DNA of 64,000 nt from the human T2T-CHM13v2.0 reference genome, Homo sapiens. The number at the start of each line of letters is the position of its first letter. The stretch's first letter is position 1. Positions 43,723 through 58,819 of this stretch are shown here, in pieces. The notes below the pieces were generated by a model. That model searched no databases and was not told the origin of the DNA. It saw only the letters and a program-made list of their open reading frames with translations. The position numbers were made by a program, and so were the translations under genes. The stretch is taken from assembly GCF_009914755.1 (NCBI RefSeq), contig NC_060925.1; one strand, 5' to 3'.

Positions 43723-45639
43723 TCAATACCTATTTTTATAGACCTCTAGTATTTTTTATTCTGCAGATGCTACTTCCTGCTACAGACTACATATTGCTCT
43801 CTGAGGAAGGTTATGTTTGCTGAAATGTTAAGTAATCTTAAACCATACCAAAGTTTATATAAATTTCCCATGAAGTGAAATGCATTTGTTATCTGGAGTG
43901 CCAATGTTGGATGAGAGTCACATCGACATTTGTACGTTTCTAAAACTCTTTCAGAACTTTAGGATGGACATTATCTAGGTTAGATGACTCACTGTCCATA
44001 GCTTCTTTACCCTGTGAGAAAAATTTTAAATGGGTAAAAATAAATTGGAAAAACTGTCATAATGCAGACAGGTTTGACTCCTTTACTCAGTTTTCAGTCT
44101 AACTTAACAAACTCTGTGGTGGGCTCTTGTGTACGGTGACTTCACTGGAGTATGTTGGGGTATTGGTACCATTGAATCAGCTGTGGAACAAGAAGAAAAC
44201 TGGGCCAAATGGTAACCACCCTGGGCCAAGCAGCAGGAGCTGGGATCAAACAACAGTGTTGCAAGGCTTGATCTCACCAAATGCAGCCAAGAAGTCTAAT
44301 GTCCAATACAAATATTATTGAGCTTAGACATGACTTAGGTATGTATCAGTACTGAGAGGGCCTCCCTAGTTAATGGAGCACAGTGACAGAGAATCTGAAC
44401 AAAGATAATATTACAGGCAATTTTAGGCCTGTCACTGTAGTATACACTTACAAAGCTAAAAAAAAGGACATACAAAAAGCTGAGCATAATATCAATGACC
44501 AATTAAATTTTCTGCTCCTCAGGACTAGAGTGTTGACTGAAACATCCTGTAGGATGATTAATCAGAAATTAGAAGGGGGTGAAGCAGACAAGGCCACTCT
44601 AATGGGAAAAAAGGGTTGAGGAGGGCACCTGCCCTGTTCAGATGTCTATTTACTCTGACAACCCAAATACCTTATCTTTACCTGTAACATTATCATCCTA
44701 CTAAATTGTAATCATTCATAACATTAAACTCAGGAAAACAAAATGATAAAATCAAAAGAGGTCTTCCATAAATAACACCTAAAGCAACAGAACCTATTTT
44801 CACTATTAATAAGGGTCACAGGATTATACTTTCACTCAAGCCTTTTCAAAAGATTAATGCTCTATTTATGAAATAGCATTGTTAACATTTTTGGTTCTTA
44901 ATTTATTCTTTTGATAAAAATAAATGAAACATATTTGAATTAAGATTAGATATAGACTCAAGAAAAATGCTAAGAAATTTTTATGAATATAAAATGTATC
45001 TTTTTTTCTCTCTGAAAATAGATTCTAGGGTATCGATTCATTTATAGTGGGGCAATCTTGCTGGAGATTATAGAGAAAAGGTCAGTTTTCTGCCAAATTA
45101 CTTTCATTATGTTGTCCAAGAAGGTAAAATACGGGTTAATTTAAAATTGCAATTACATCTTTGCACCAAATATATCTGGTTTAGAAATAACAAGGAGATT
45201 TTTTTAAGTTAAAATTTTGAACAAGTGAAATTAAGTTAAATGTCTTTAAGGCTGTCTTTTATTTTAAGTAAGTATGCAATAGGAGCTTGTTTATCTGAAA
45301 TTAAAATGTGATACTTTTGAAATAGCTGTAATTATAAATAACTGATTTTAATGGCAAATTACAAATTCAGTAAGACTATTTTAATTTCTATTTTTATTAT
45401 GTATATTTATTTCATGAAACATATTATTTTTTGTTAGGCAGACAATTATATTTACAATGGAAACAATATTCTTGTTGATTACTCAGTAAAAGTTCACATT
45501 TTATTTTACTAAATAATTTGCCTTTAAATACATTTTTCTATATCTCATATTAGATCATTTTCTCCATACTAATAATAGATTTTCATGGAGAGGAGAATAT
45601 TTGTGGGTTGTATTATATACTGATGCCTTATATATATGT

Positions 45640-45765
45640 TGTCTCAGTTATCAGAATAGAAACAGAAGTTCAGGGAAGTTTAATTTACTCAAATCACAAA
45701 AATAGTAAATAGAATTCTTGGAAAGACTTATAATTAGATCTGTCAGACTCCATACGTGTGCTCTT
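45640..45765 (-). mobile_element. MIR fragment
   Basis: gaaacagaagttcagggaagtttaatttactc...tagtaaat...tctgtcagactcca...gtgctctt. Confidence 0.5.
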
Positions 45766-46099
45766 GGCCTCATGCCCTTCAGAGACATTTTCTCCCAGGT
45801 CGCTCCTACTGTCCTGGGTAGCCAGGGATGCCTGTGTGCTGGCTTCGCTACTGCCTGGGCAAGATTCTCAGCCTGTCACGTAGCATTTCTTCTGAAGCTA
45901 GTAAGGATGCATGAAATCCCTCCAGCCAGCAGCAGAATTACTTTGTCTGCACTATGGTGTATTGTTCGGTGAAGCAGTTTACTAATTTTAGATCCAAGAT
46001 TGTCTACCTGAACCCCGAGGATGGAAACCGTACCTTTCTGTGCGTGATAGCAGGACTTTGCCATTTTACCGTCTTCATTAGCATCATTTTACTTTTGAG

Positions 46100-46533
46100 G
46101 GACCCTCCTGCCCAGACAAATGATTTGTTCATTACAGAAACTTCTCAAAGACCCATCTACCCCTCAATAGAAAGTATCACCAGACATCAAAGCATCAAAG
46201 GTCAGTTTTCTGTAAAATTACTTTTGTTACATTGTCCCTAAAAAAAAAAGACAAGTTAATTTAAAATTACCATTTCAGTTTGAGCCCTAAAATTATTTGA
46301 ATGCCTCCACCAATTTCTGAATGATTGTATCTTGATTCTTACCTAATCCTAATCAAGCCCCATTTTGGAAAGACCTGCCTTAAATCAAATTTCCAATTTT
46401 CAAATTTGTGACCTTGCTGTCTCTTTTCTGATACACTGGCAATGCTTTGCTTTTCTTTCTGCAATAAGCAATAAATTCAGCTTTGCCTTTTCAATAAGTT
46501 GTTGGTGATATTTGGGGAGTCAGCTTTTGACAA
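46100..46533 (+). mobile_element. Old ERV LTR remnant (MER90/MER110-like); 5' boundary uncertain
   Basis: cttacctaatcctaatcaagcccc...gcaataaattcagctttg...ggggagtcagcttttgaca resembles an LTR 3' end. Confidence 0.45.
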
Positions 46534-47163
46534 TTTCAAACACACAACTCTTTTCTTATAGGTGTATTCATATATTGCCATCTGAGAAGAGTTCTGTCTC
46601 TTCTGAATTGCTGCTCATAGACCCAAGTAGAGTTGCTCGTCTCCATTGCAGAGCCAGCATCTGGAAGGTTCATGTTTACTAGCCATAGCAAGCAATTAAC
46701 TGGGCTGCTATGTTGCGAGCTATGAAACATTTCTTGGAAAAGGTCATTTTAAAGGGAGGTATTTGGGGAGAATGATCCATAAGGCAAAAGGAAATTCTGT
46801 ATGAGCATGTGCAGGTTAGAGGTAATATAATTTTGGTGCCCATATTAAAGGTTGTGCTTGTGAAGTCAGAGGCTGCTGAAACAGAGACATTTGGAATTTG
46901 TATTAGGAAACATTTAGCTTGTCTAACTGTAGTTGCATAAAACAAACTCTGAAATCCCCCTTCTGACACAATGTCTGATTCTAATACTCTTTTTGTTTTC
47001 TGTCACATACATTGAGATCTCTCTGTGTGTGATACAATATTTAGGCCCTGCCTATTCCTTTCTTAGCTCAGGAACATTTCCTAAACCATGTGCCACAAAA
47101 CACTCATATATTCTGGGTAATCTTAATTGATATTAAGAAAAATATGCAATATTATATGCCTCC

Positions 47164-47285
47164 TTTTGAGATTCAAATTGAAAATTCTGTCTCAATTTGA
47201 GATTGAGAAATTCTGTCTCAATTTGAGAAAATTCTGTCTCAAATTTTGAGATTCAAATTAAAAAAAATCGGTCTCAATTTGAATT
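47164..47285. repeat. Irregular tandem repeat with palindromic core
   Basis: Four copies of aaattctgtctcaatttgag-like and two of ttttgagattcaaatt. Confidence 0.85.
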
Positions 47286-48954
47286 ACAAAAATAAAAATA
47301 AATGTTGTGTAATCCGGCATGTTTTAGAAGTATATGAAATGCCTTCAAAAATTTTTTTTTTCCTAGTGACACCTTGCTGACCTCTTGTGTCTCAAGTGAA
47401 ACAGTTTGGAAATGCTCCCCTAGTCTGTAAGGACAACATTAACAAGCCTTATCTCTTGTCTCTCTTTCCACCTTGTAACCTGTTAATACTCCCCTAAATT
47501 TAAATGCCTTTTCAAACTTCCACCTGCTCTGCCACAAGCAAAACACCAAACCAAAAAACAAACAAAAAACCTAAGGCATGCTTCTCTTCTTTTCATGTTT
47601 TTGCCACCATTTTGTCTTTAACATTTTTAGATTTTTTGTTTATTTAATCCACCTCTTGGCAAATTACTGTTGTAATCTTAATGAGGTCACTTCCCTAAAA
47701 CCAACCACTATTCTTTTGATAATTCTCCTGTGGCCAGTAGTTCTCATTTAAATATTGCCCCAAAGATTTGAAATGGTTAAAAACAGTATAATAATTGAAG
47801 GCTACTTTGTACCCAAATCCAAACGTTTACTAACTGTTCTGTTTCTTATCATCCATTATATCCAAACACGTCACCCAATACAGCCAATCAAAGATTCTGC
47901 AAAGAAATCAAACGACAACATTGAAATTCAGTAGTAGAGGCCAACATAGACATTTCTGAAATTTGAATATAAATTTTCTGTTATGAAAGAACCAGGAAAA
48001 AATATAAACCTAAAAATTATATTTCTTGTCAATTTATAGAAGTTTATAGGCTTCAAAATAAAAAGTAATAAAAATACAAAATTAAATAATTTTTATCTTT
48101 TAGAGCCTGATGAAACTAAACATTATCTTGTCTTATTATTTGCAATCATAGCTAAAGAAGTTCTGAATATTTACATAGAGATAAGGGTTCCTTTAGTAAC
48201 TTTGTACCTGGGCTGTCTTTCATGGAAATAACCACAATTCCTTCAAGACCTCAGAAGGTATAGATCAATGTGGAATCTTTGATGTGTTTCATTTCCAAGA
48301 ACAGCCAAAGAATTAGAAGGACATACAGGATTATCAAAATAGTCACAAGCCTGACCACTCAACAAATTTAGGCAACAAACTTTTTGGGGACTGATTCTTA
48401 GTTCCTGGAGAAAATTCCCAATGAAAATTATATTCAAAAGCCTCCTACGTAGTTTCACCAATGATCATGGCAGAAATGCAATGATAGTTGAGAGAGAAAG
48501 AGGACTGAGATGCCCCTGGTATCAGATGATAGTCAGATATAGAGAGATCGCAACATGTAAATCTGAAATCAATTAGTAGAAATCTCCATAAACAGTTAAA
48601 TTTGACACTGCCTGGGGAAAATTAATTATACATGGGTGGGGGCAGCAAACAACATAGCTCATCATTCTGTCAGATAGTAGCACTAAAATACTGTTGTCTT
48701 CTTGGAAAGCCCAGATATTCAGTGTGCTCACTGCTATTGTCAACAGGCATGTTTCTTGACCACCCCACTATTTAAAATCTTGTAATTTATATTTCTCCAT
48801 AGACTTCTGTGACACTTGAACTACAGGACTGGGACATGGAATCTATCAAGTGACATAGCCTTCACAAAATAATATTTTAGGACTCAGTATTTTTCTGTAG
48901 TGTAGCACATTGGTACAGCCAGTGCCTGCTAGGATGGAATTTCACAGGTTTCTT

Positions 48955-51700
48955 TTAGTTATGCTTCTTTGGTCGGCATAATGTTTTTGAGGTTTATTCA
49001 TGCGGGTGCATATACCATTACTTCGTTCCTTTTTATTGTTGAAAACTATTCCATCATATGGATATACCAAATTTTGTTTGTCCATTTACCAGTTGATAAA
49101 CATTTGGATTGCTTTCAATTTTGGACTATTATTAATAACACTGCGCTGAATATTCAAGTACAAATCTTTGTGTGGACGTGTTTTCTTAACCCACCAAAAA
49201 GTAAAACTACTGGATCTTATGACTTTAAAAAAAATTGAAAAACTGCTTTTCCAAAGTGTCTATACCATGTTACATCCTTGTAGTGTATAAAGCTTCTTCT
49301 ACTTTTTCTACATTTTCATCAGCATCTATTTCAAAGTATTTTCTATTTGAGCACTGCAGTAGGCACATAGTAGTATCATGCTGTAGTTGCAACAGTTGTT
49401 TCTGTAATGACTAATGATGTTTAGGGCCTCTTCATGTGCATATTTGCCATTTGTATATCTTATTTGGTTAAGTGTTCATTCAAATATTTTTGTCCATTTT
49501 CTAATTAGATTGTCCTGTTATGGTTGAGTTGTAAGAATGTATTATATATTTTGGATAAAAGTCTTTTATCAGAAATATGTTTTGCAGGTACTTTTTGCTT
49601 CTCTGTGGCTTATCTTTTCATTTTCTCAATAGTGTCTTTTGAAAAACAAGAGATTTAAATTCTTATGAAGTCTGGTTTATTATTTTTATTTGTTTTAGGT
49701 ATTATGCTTTTTGCCTTATATCCAAGAATTTTTTTCTTAATCCAAAGTCACAAGGATTATCTTCTATGCTTTATCTAAGAAGTTGTATGGTTTTACACTT
49801 AAATTTAGGGCTATATCCTATTACAAGTCATTTTTCTTTGTGGTGTGAGGTAAGGGTCCATGCTTATTCTTGCCTTTTCCCTACAACGTGAATCTTCAAT
49901 TACTCTAGAACCATTTTTTTATATACTATCTTTTCCCCCATTTAATTATGTTGGCAATTGTGTTGCAGATCGATTAATCTTATATATATGTGTTTATTTC
50001 TGTTCTGTTCCATTGATCTATGTGTCTACCTTTATGCCAGTACCACACTCTTGATTACAGCTTCCAGGGAAGCTGTTGAACCAGGTCATATGTCTTCTAA
50101 ATTTATTCTTCTTTCTTCAAAATTGTTTGGCTATTCTAGGTTCTTTGTATTTCTAGCTGGTCAATTTCTATTTAAAAAAGATATATTTGGAAATAATTAC
50201 CCTTTTAGTGATATTTAGTATTCTAATTCAACATACCTTTTTGTTTATTTAGGTCTTTAACTTTTCTTGTCAATGCTTTGTAGTTTTCAATAAAAAGGTC
50301 ATTCACTTTTTAATTAAAATTTATTCCTAAGTAGTTTATTTATGGCTATGAAGGTTTTAATATCTGAAAACCAATGAACGTCACATCATATTAATAGAAT
50401 AAAGAATAAAAAATATGATCATCTCAATCTCAACAGAAGCCAAAAAAATTTAAAAAACTAAAACACATCTATTCATGACAAAAACTCATTTTATATTTTA
50501 TTTTCTGTATATTATTGTGAATGAAAATGTTTTCTTAAATAAAATTAGTTTTTTATAGATTTGGATTTTTCATTACTAATACATACAAACATAATTTTGT
50601 AAAATTTTATTTTGATTTTTAACTTTTGATTTTTGTATGCTTATCTTGCTACCCACAACCTTGCTACTCACTTCTTTGCTCTAGTATTTTTTGTTTATGG
50701 AAGTGTTGGGGGTAAATTCTTTGGGATTTTCTAGATGTAAGAGCACATTTACTGTGAATAAATGCACTATTATTTCCTTTTTTAAAAATCTGAATGGCTT
50801 TAATTACCTAGAGTTTCAATTGGCTAGAAACTGCAGTACCAGTGCTGAATAGAAGTTGAAAGAGATAGTATTGACTTATCCCTGCTCTTATGGGGAAAGC
50901 ATTTAGTCTTTTATCATTTGTATGATATGTGCTATAGTTTAGGTTTTTTCAAGATATCTTTTATAAGCTTGGGTAAGTTCCCTTCTATTTCTAGTTTCTT
51001 GGATTTGTTGAGTTTTTGTCATGAATAGATGTGTGTTTTTATTTTTTTAATTTTTTGGCATCTATTGAGATTATTGAGATGATTATGTCTTTATTCTTTA
51101 TTCTATTAATATGACATATAACATTAATCGGATTTGAGATTAAACGGACATTGCATTCCTGAAGCAAAACTCACTTGACCATGTGGTATAATCCTTTTCA
51201 CAACTTGCTGGTTTCAATTTTCTAATATTTGTTAAGGGTTTTTGTATTTATGTTCATGAAATATATTCGACTGTAGTTTTCTTGTGATATCTTTGTCTTG
51301 CTTTGGTGTCAGGTTAACAAAGTGACCTCACAAAATGAGTTGAACTCGTAAAAGTTATTTTTTCCTTCTCTATTGTTTTTGAAAATGTTTGTGTAAAATT
51401 GTTTTTTTTTCTTAAATGTTTTCTAGAATTTACTAGTGAAGACATCTGAGTCTGAACTTCCTTTGCAGAAAGATTTTTAAGGATTAATTACTTTGTTTGG
51501 TATAGATTTATCTCGTTTTTTGTTGCTTGAGTCAATTTTGTTATTTTTTTCATTCCTGAAGTTTGTCTTTTTTATCTAACTATTCAAATTCTCAGCATAA
51601 AGTTTTTCAGAATGTTCACTTATACTACTTTTAACTTCTGTAGGGATTATTGTGAAGACTTCTCTTTTCTTCCTGATTTTGGCAATCTGTATTTTTGCTT
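48955..51700 (-). mobile_element. Old L1M (L1MB/MC-type) 3'UTR and ORF2 remnant
   Basis: Antisense L1 hallmarks: tattccatcatatggatatacca, atgactaatgatgtt, tggggaaagcatttagtcttt, aagttcccttctattt. Confidence 0.9.
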
Positions 51701-52497
51701 GTCTTACTAAATCCTCATTTAGATTTTGTCTTATGAGGCTCTCCTGTAGGATAATAATAAAATCATTATGTCTGTATCTGCCAATAGCATCCATTCATTG
51801 TTCAAATAATTCTTATTCATCTTCATGCAGGAGATATTCTTTTCTCAGGCCAATATCCAATAAGGCCTGTTTGTATTCAGTTTATTACTGTTCTGCTGGC
51901 TCCCCTTTTAATATTTCTACTGTTAGTTATGTTTTACCCTGGAGTCCTAAGTATACAGTATTTGCAGTCTTCTAATATCAACACACAGGACACCTGAAGG
52001 CTCATCTATAAAAATTGTATCACCTTGAAACTCATCCAGTGATTATTTTAATACGTTATGACTCTTGGGCATGGGGCCAATCCACAAAATTGTTTTCTCC
52101 TTGATTTGCAAAACAAAATTTGGAGCAGCTGACCCATTACTATTTACTTAGGCCTGATACTAACAATTTATTTCCAGACTTACTGGGATATTCTAGTATA
52201 CTTATAACTCAGCTGTCTTGGGTTGAAGAGTAGCAAATTATATTCTTCCTACCAAAGCATATGAAGATCCATTCTCATGTAAACTCATTTATAATGCCAG
52301 GCTACACTGCCTCATGAAGATCAAGGTCAAACTGTATCAGCCCTTAGATGTAAGGCCTGTGTGTTTCCTGAAGCCTGTGTTCAACTTGGAAGATCTCGGC
52401 CTTTACAGAGAAGGGGTAGCGTTTTCTGAAATGCATACTCATTAGCTCAAGAATTGGCTAAATATACCAAAGGACAATTACCTTAAGTCAAGGTGAC

Positions 52498-52918
52498 TGA
52501 TATGGTTTGGATCTGTGTCCCCACCCAAATCTCATGTCGAATTCTAATCACCAGTGTTGAAGGTGTGGCCTGGTGGGAGGTGATTGGATCATGGGGGTGA
52601 AGTTCTCATGAATGTTTTAGCACCACCCACCCTCAGTCCTGTATAGTGAGTGAGTTCCCACAAGATCTCGTTGTTTAAAAGTGTGTGGCACCTCCTCTCT
52701 AACTCTCTTGTTCCTGCTCCTACCATACAACACTTGCCAACTCCCCCCCTCACCTTCTGCCACAATTGTAAACTTCCTGAGGCCTCCCTAAAAGCCAAGA
52801 TGCCAGAATCATGCTTCCTGTGTAGTTTACAGAACCATAAGCCAATGAAGCCTCTTTTCTGGGTAAATCACCCAGCTTCAGATATTTCTTTATAGTAGCA
52901 CAAGAACAGACTAATACA
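52498..52918 (+). mobile_element. MSTA-type MaLR solo LTR
   Basis: tgatatggtttggatctgtgtccccacccaaatctcatg...gaacagactaataca; 5-bp TSD gtgac/gtgat. Confidence 0.95.
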
Positions 52919-54584
52919 GTGATGTTCCATGTGGCCTGAAAATTCAATGAAGAGCCAGCTGTTAAGCTCACAACTATAAAAATACAGTCACATCATAGAA
53001 TTACAGGCATATGCAAACTTCCCACGTAGCCTGCATTGATAAAGTATCTCCAGCATTTAAAGCCTTTTGATCAAGGCTCTGCCAGATCTCTTCTTCTCAT
53101 TGTATCACTCCCCAAATATCCATCTTACAATTTCCATTTTCAGTGCACCAAATCTGAACACTTTTTAAAATGTAAACTACTACTCTCACAAACTTTAGAA
53201 CCTCTTTCCTCCTCTCTTCACTTTTCCAAAGGGGGAAATAATGTCTTCGTAAGTTTCACAGCATGAAAGAGCAAACAGAAAGCATGCAATCCCTATAGGC
53301 AGGTAGTCACGTGTCTCACTGAAAAAGAGAGAATGGGGCTAGATGAGAATCATATGAATTTAGTCCTCTCTCTCTGAAGAGGAACAATTGAGCAAAGGAA
53401 GCCAAGAAACATTTGCTAAGAAAACTCTCCCTGTATGGAAGGAGACATTAGGATTGGGAAAGAAACATTTCTTCCTAACGTAATTCATGGTCTCAAATTC
53501 TCACAAATAATTTTACTCTTCTCTTTTTGAAAGGTTGCCAATCTTCAATTCTGGGTAAATCCCACCGTTGACATTTTATGTTCTTGTTTTTAGCCTGGAA
53601 AAAAAATCTGTTAGAAAAAAAGAACTAATTAATCTACTGAATCATTAACTATGTTTTTGGGTTTTGTTTCTGTGATAATGTTTTATTCTCTAAAAGATGT
53701 CTATACTGGGTCATTATTATTTGCCTACTGCATTTCAACTGTATTCTTTCCTATTGTGGCTGATTTCCTCAGTAGTACTCAGTATTTACATTATTCATCT
53801 CCAGTGTTAGTTTGCTAGAGAAATCATTTGAAACATGTTTCATTTTCCCCAAATACCCAGGTACTGAAATACACACCTTAGATGACTTTCATTTCTTCAA
53901 AAGTTTTCACACTTGCCCTTTTTCTCCTTTCTCAGAGTAGGGGGTTATTTTCCTCTTTGTAAAGTCAACCCCTTCGTGAATGGCTAGATCCCCTTTTATC
54001 TTCTCTTAGTCCTTCCACTTCCCTCTAAAAAGACAACCACTCTAATGTGCTAAATTTGTGTCTCTTTTTTTGCCTTGTGAATTTTTGACATATGGCATTT
54101 TATTACATAATCTCACTTTTTCTTATTCGTTTCCTTTTAGTGCTGCTTGTTGCTGACGTTTCTGCCCAAACATCATGAAATGTGGAGAAGAAAGAACACT
54201 CAGATGTGCCCTGGAGACTTTCCTTTTATTTTTAAACAGGTACATCCTGAAATTATGTTAGAGTAAGTTTCAACATATTCAAAATCATGTCATAAAATGA
54301 ATGTTGTGAGAATTATTGACAATCCTGAAAAAGCTTGGGTTGTTACTGGGTTAAGATGTAAAAGAACCCACAGGTTATTTTCCTTTTCTTCTTCTCTGCC
54401 TCACTGTAGGTTCATTGTTACCAGCCCTGTAAAAACAAAACAAAAAAAAAAAACAAAAAACTGTTTTTGATAATCGGGTTCAACTGTCTCTCCCCTACTA
54501 TAATAGTTTGTTAAAAACATGCTTCTGGCAATGTGTAAACCTAAATACAATGCAGAATTTTCATTATCCTGCAATAAGAGCGAC

Positions 54585-54825
54585 CGCCTGAAAATAAAGC
54601 CTGCACAAAGGAGGGCAAAGCCAAGTTGTGGAGAGAGAATGAATGTGAAAGCAGAGCTGAGCCAGAGGGACACAGGCAGCCTCTGGGTCAGTGTGACTAG
54701 TGGGCCTGAAGCCAGATTCCTTTCTTTATCTTTTTAGTTATATGAGTTAATGAATTTGCTATATTTGCTAAAATTGGCTTGAGTTGGCTATTTAACATCT
54801 GAGAATAAAGTATGCTGGAAAACAG
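54585..54825 (+). mobile_element. Old MLT1 (J/K-type) LTR fragment
   Basis: cctgaaaataaagcc...cctgaagccaga...tttagttatatgagttaatgaatt...ttgagttgg. Confidence 0.55.
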
Positions 54826-55224
54826 AATAATTGGTAGTAAGAGGGATTGTTTGGAATTGGAAGACCCAAAACGTGGAATCAATTGATTCAAGATAGGGTG
54901 GGTGAGAGGGAAAGAATTCCCTCAAATTGGGAATTCTTGACAATCTTTTTGTAAGGAGCAAAGTGTTGATTAGACCAATGACTATTGTGTTTAAAAAACA
55001 GATACTTGATTGAGTAGTAGTTGGAAGCAGGATGTGTTTTCTAATGCTTAAATCTTATAATATGGTATTAGAGGAAAGAAGATCTAACCTTTGGTTTCAA
55101 CCATCCTAACTAAAAGAAGACAGGAAAGAGAACGGTACAGTTTGCTATGGCCAGCAATCCATGATGAGAATTAGATAATCGTGCATAGTGGGTGGTCGTA
55201 CTAGGTGAATTTTTTAAGTTATTC

Positions 55225-55371
55225 TTTCCCTTCCTCCATTTCTTTTTCTTTCTTTCTTTCTTTCTCTCTTTCTTCTTTCCCTCTTTCTTTCTCTCTCTTT
55301 CCATCTTTCTTTCCTTCTTTCTTCTTTATTTCCCTCTTTCTTTCTCTCTTCTCTCTCTCTCTTTTTCTTTG
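55225..55371. repeat. CT-rich (TTTC/TC)n low-complexity tract, probable expanded L1 tail
   Basis: Read directly; abuts the antisense L1 3' end. Confidence 0.85.
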
Positions 55372-55714
55372 TTGTTTTATTTTATATTCAGAGGATACTT
55401 GTGCATGTTTGTTACATGAATAGATTTTGTAATGGCGAGAGTTAGGCTTCTAGTGACCCAGTCACTCAAATAGTGAACATTGTACGTAATAGGTAATTTT
55501 TCAGCCCTCACCCCCTCCAACTTCCCCCATTTTGAAGTCCCAAATGTCTATTATTTCTATTTTTATATTCATGTGTACCCATTGTATAGCTCCCAATTGT
55601 AGGTGAGAATGTGCTGTTTTGATTTTCTGTTTCTGAGTCATTTGACTTAGGATAATGGCCCTCAGTTCCGGCTATGATGCTTCAGAGGACATGATTTCAT
55701 TCTTCTCTATGGCT
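55372..55714 (-). mobile_element. L1PB-type 3' end fragment
   Basis: gtttgttacatg...caaatagtgaacattgtac...agctccca...gtgagaat...ggacatgatttcattctt. Confidence 0.88.
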
Positions 55715-56741
55715 ACACTAGCTAGATGTTTTGCCTCTGGCAGGGTGAGCAGCAAGAACCACAATCATAGATGCCATTGGGTACAGAGGAAGCTTGTTTC
55801 CCTAGCTCTGTGTGAAAGCTTCCTATACTATGTTATCTTCCTGACCAAATGAATTGCCACTCACTCTTTAGTCACCCACTATGATTTAGTCTTGTAGCAA
55901 AATGCAAAATATACTTACGTCATTATCTAAGCCCATTAATTTGGAAGCAGAGGCCTAGAAGGAGGCTATTAAAGACCAAAGTGGGGAAGAACACCAAAGT
56001 CTGTAGCTAAAACACAAGGATGCAGGATCCAGATTAATCAGCTCTAACATAACAAGATTGCTATCTTTAGTTACTTGGTTGGAGAGTTGAGAGACTGCAA
56101 ATTTGCCAGCATCCTACTGTGGTTTTAAGAAGTACTTTATTACTGGAAAAATCCCAAGCTAGGTAAGTAAGAAAGGATTCATATGATTCTTTACTCCTAA
56201 GATTTGAAACTTCAAACTACCCACACAGGAAGTGAGCTGGTAAAGCAACGTAGCTGCTCAATTTCTCTTCCACGTAACAGTAGGAAGAGCAATGGAAGGA
56301 TGAATTTTCCAGTGAAGAGAATCAGTAGAATTCACTTTGGTTGACCAAGAAACATTTCACTTCCTTGGCAGGGAATCCTTGCAAACCGTGTCTCGGAAGT
56401 ATGATAGATGCCTTATACATTGTTTCTCCTTCTTCCCCTTTCTAAATCGGAGTTTTAGTGATAATTTTCCTGTTCCAACTTCATTAATGTATATTCAGTG
56501 TGCGGAGGTGGTTAAATATGTTATTTAGCTATGGCCTTTTGCACCTTGAAGTCATATCTAAACAGACCAGTCTGCAGACTGCCCAGAAAACCTTGACTTA
56601 GAGAAGAATGTATTAACTAAGATTCAGCTAGTCACCCTCTGGAGGAAAGGATAAGTGAGATTTTGCTTATGAATGGGACACTTGCATATTGCTGGGCTGA
56701 AATTTTTGAAATTTTATGAATTGCAGAAAGTGCATTTATGA

Positions 56742-57960
<1,219 letters not shown>

Positions 57961-58819
57961 AGTGTGGAAACATCCACCTTGTTTTGCTAGCGTTGTGAAT
58001 ACCACCAGTAGTGTTTATCTGACATGCATCTTGCTCAGGGTTTTAGGCCTTGGCTCTTGTCTAGAACAAAGAAGTTTTTACAAAGGAGTTTTTAGAGAAA
58101 AATATGTTGGTCTCAAATTATTTATCTCCCAGAGGTTTTTTTCTTTTTTTTTAAATTTCATTTAATTTATTTAAAAGACAGTAGAAAGCAAAAAGTATGA
58201 ACATAACAGTTACATATGCTTATTAAAATGGGAGATAAAAGACAACTTATATACAAATAGTTTGACAGAGGCTCTTGCAGTAGAAAATTGGAAAGAAAAA
58301 TATAACAATTACATGTAATTGTTAAGTCAAGGATCTTACCCAATATCAGGCTTTATTAAATAATGTCAAAATTATAAGCCATCGAAAAGTGCACATGAAG
58401 CAGAGATCTGGGATGTCAAGGACAGCTGACTAGGTCTTGCTTCCCACATTGGACATGCACTTTTGGCCAAGAGTAGATGAGGTCTGCAGGTGAGGTTTAT
58501 GGGATTTCTTATACTATGAGGAATCTTAAAGAGGTACTTTATAGACCAGAGTTGTATAGTTCAGGTGACACTCTTCAGAGAGCCTTATGTAATTGACCCC
58601 GGGTTTTATTCATTCTAGGTAATTCTTAGCCACAGAAATCTTCCTACGGGCCTTTTAGAGATAAGGAATATGCTTACCAAATGTCATTAGTTTACTTATT
58701 TGAGAAAGTCCATTTGAAAAGGAAATTACTGTCACCTGCCTTCCCTCTTCCCAGTTTCACTGACGTCTTCCACAGGGGAGCAAAGGGATTTCTGGCCGCC
58801 TGTTGCTTTGACTCCTTAC

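Noticed and set aside
47164-47285. Repeat array considered as CRISPR-like
   Set aside because: No unique spacers, irregular units, eukaryotic context, no cas genes
51990-52110. Minus-strand TILWIGP...IFIDE as SF3 helicase Walker A/B of an endogenous ssDNA virus
   Set aside because: No GKS/T in the Walker A position, spacing too short, and an intervening stop; kept only as a low-interest search suggestion
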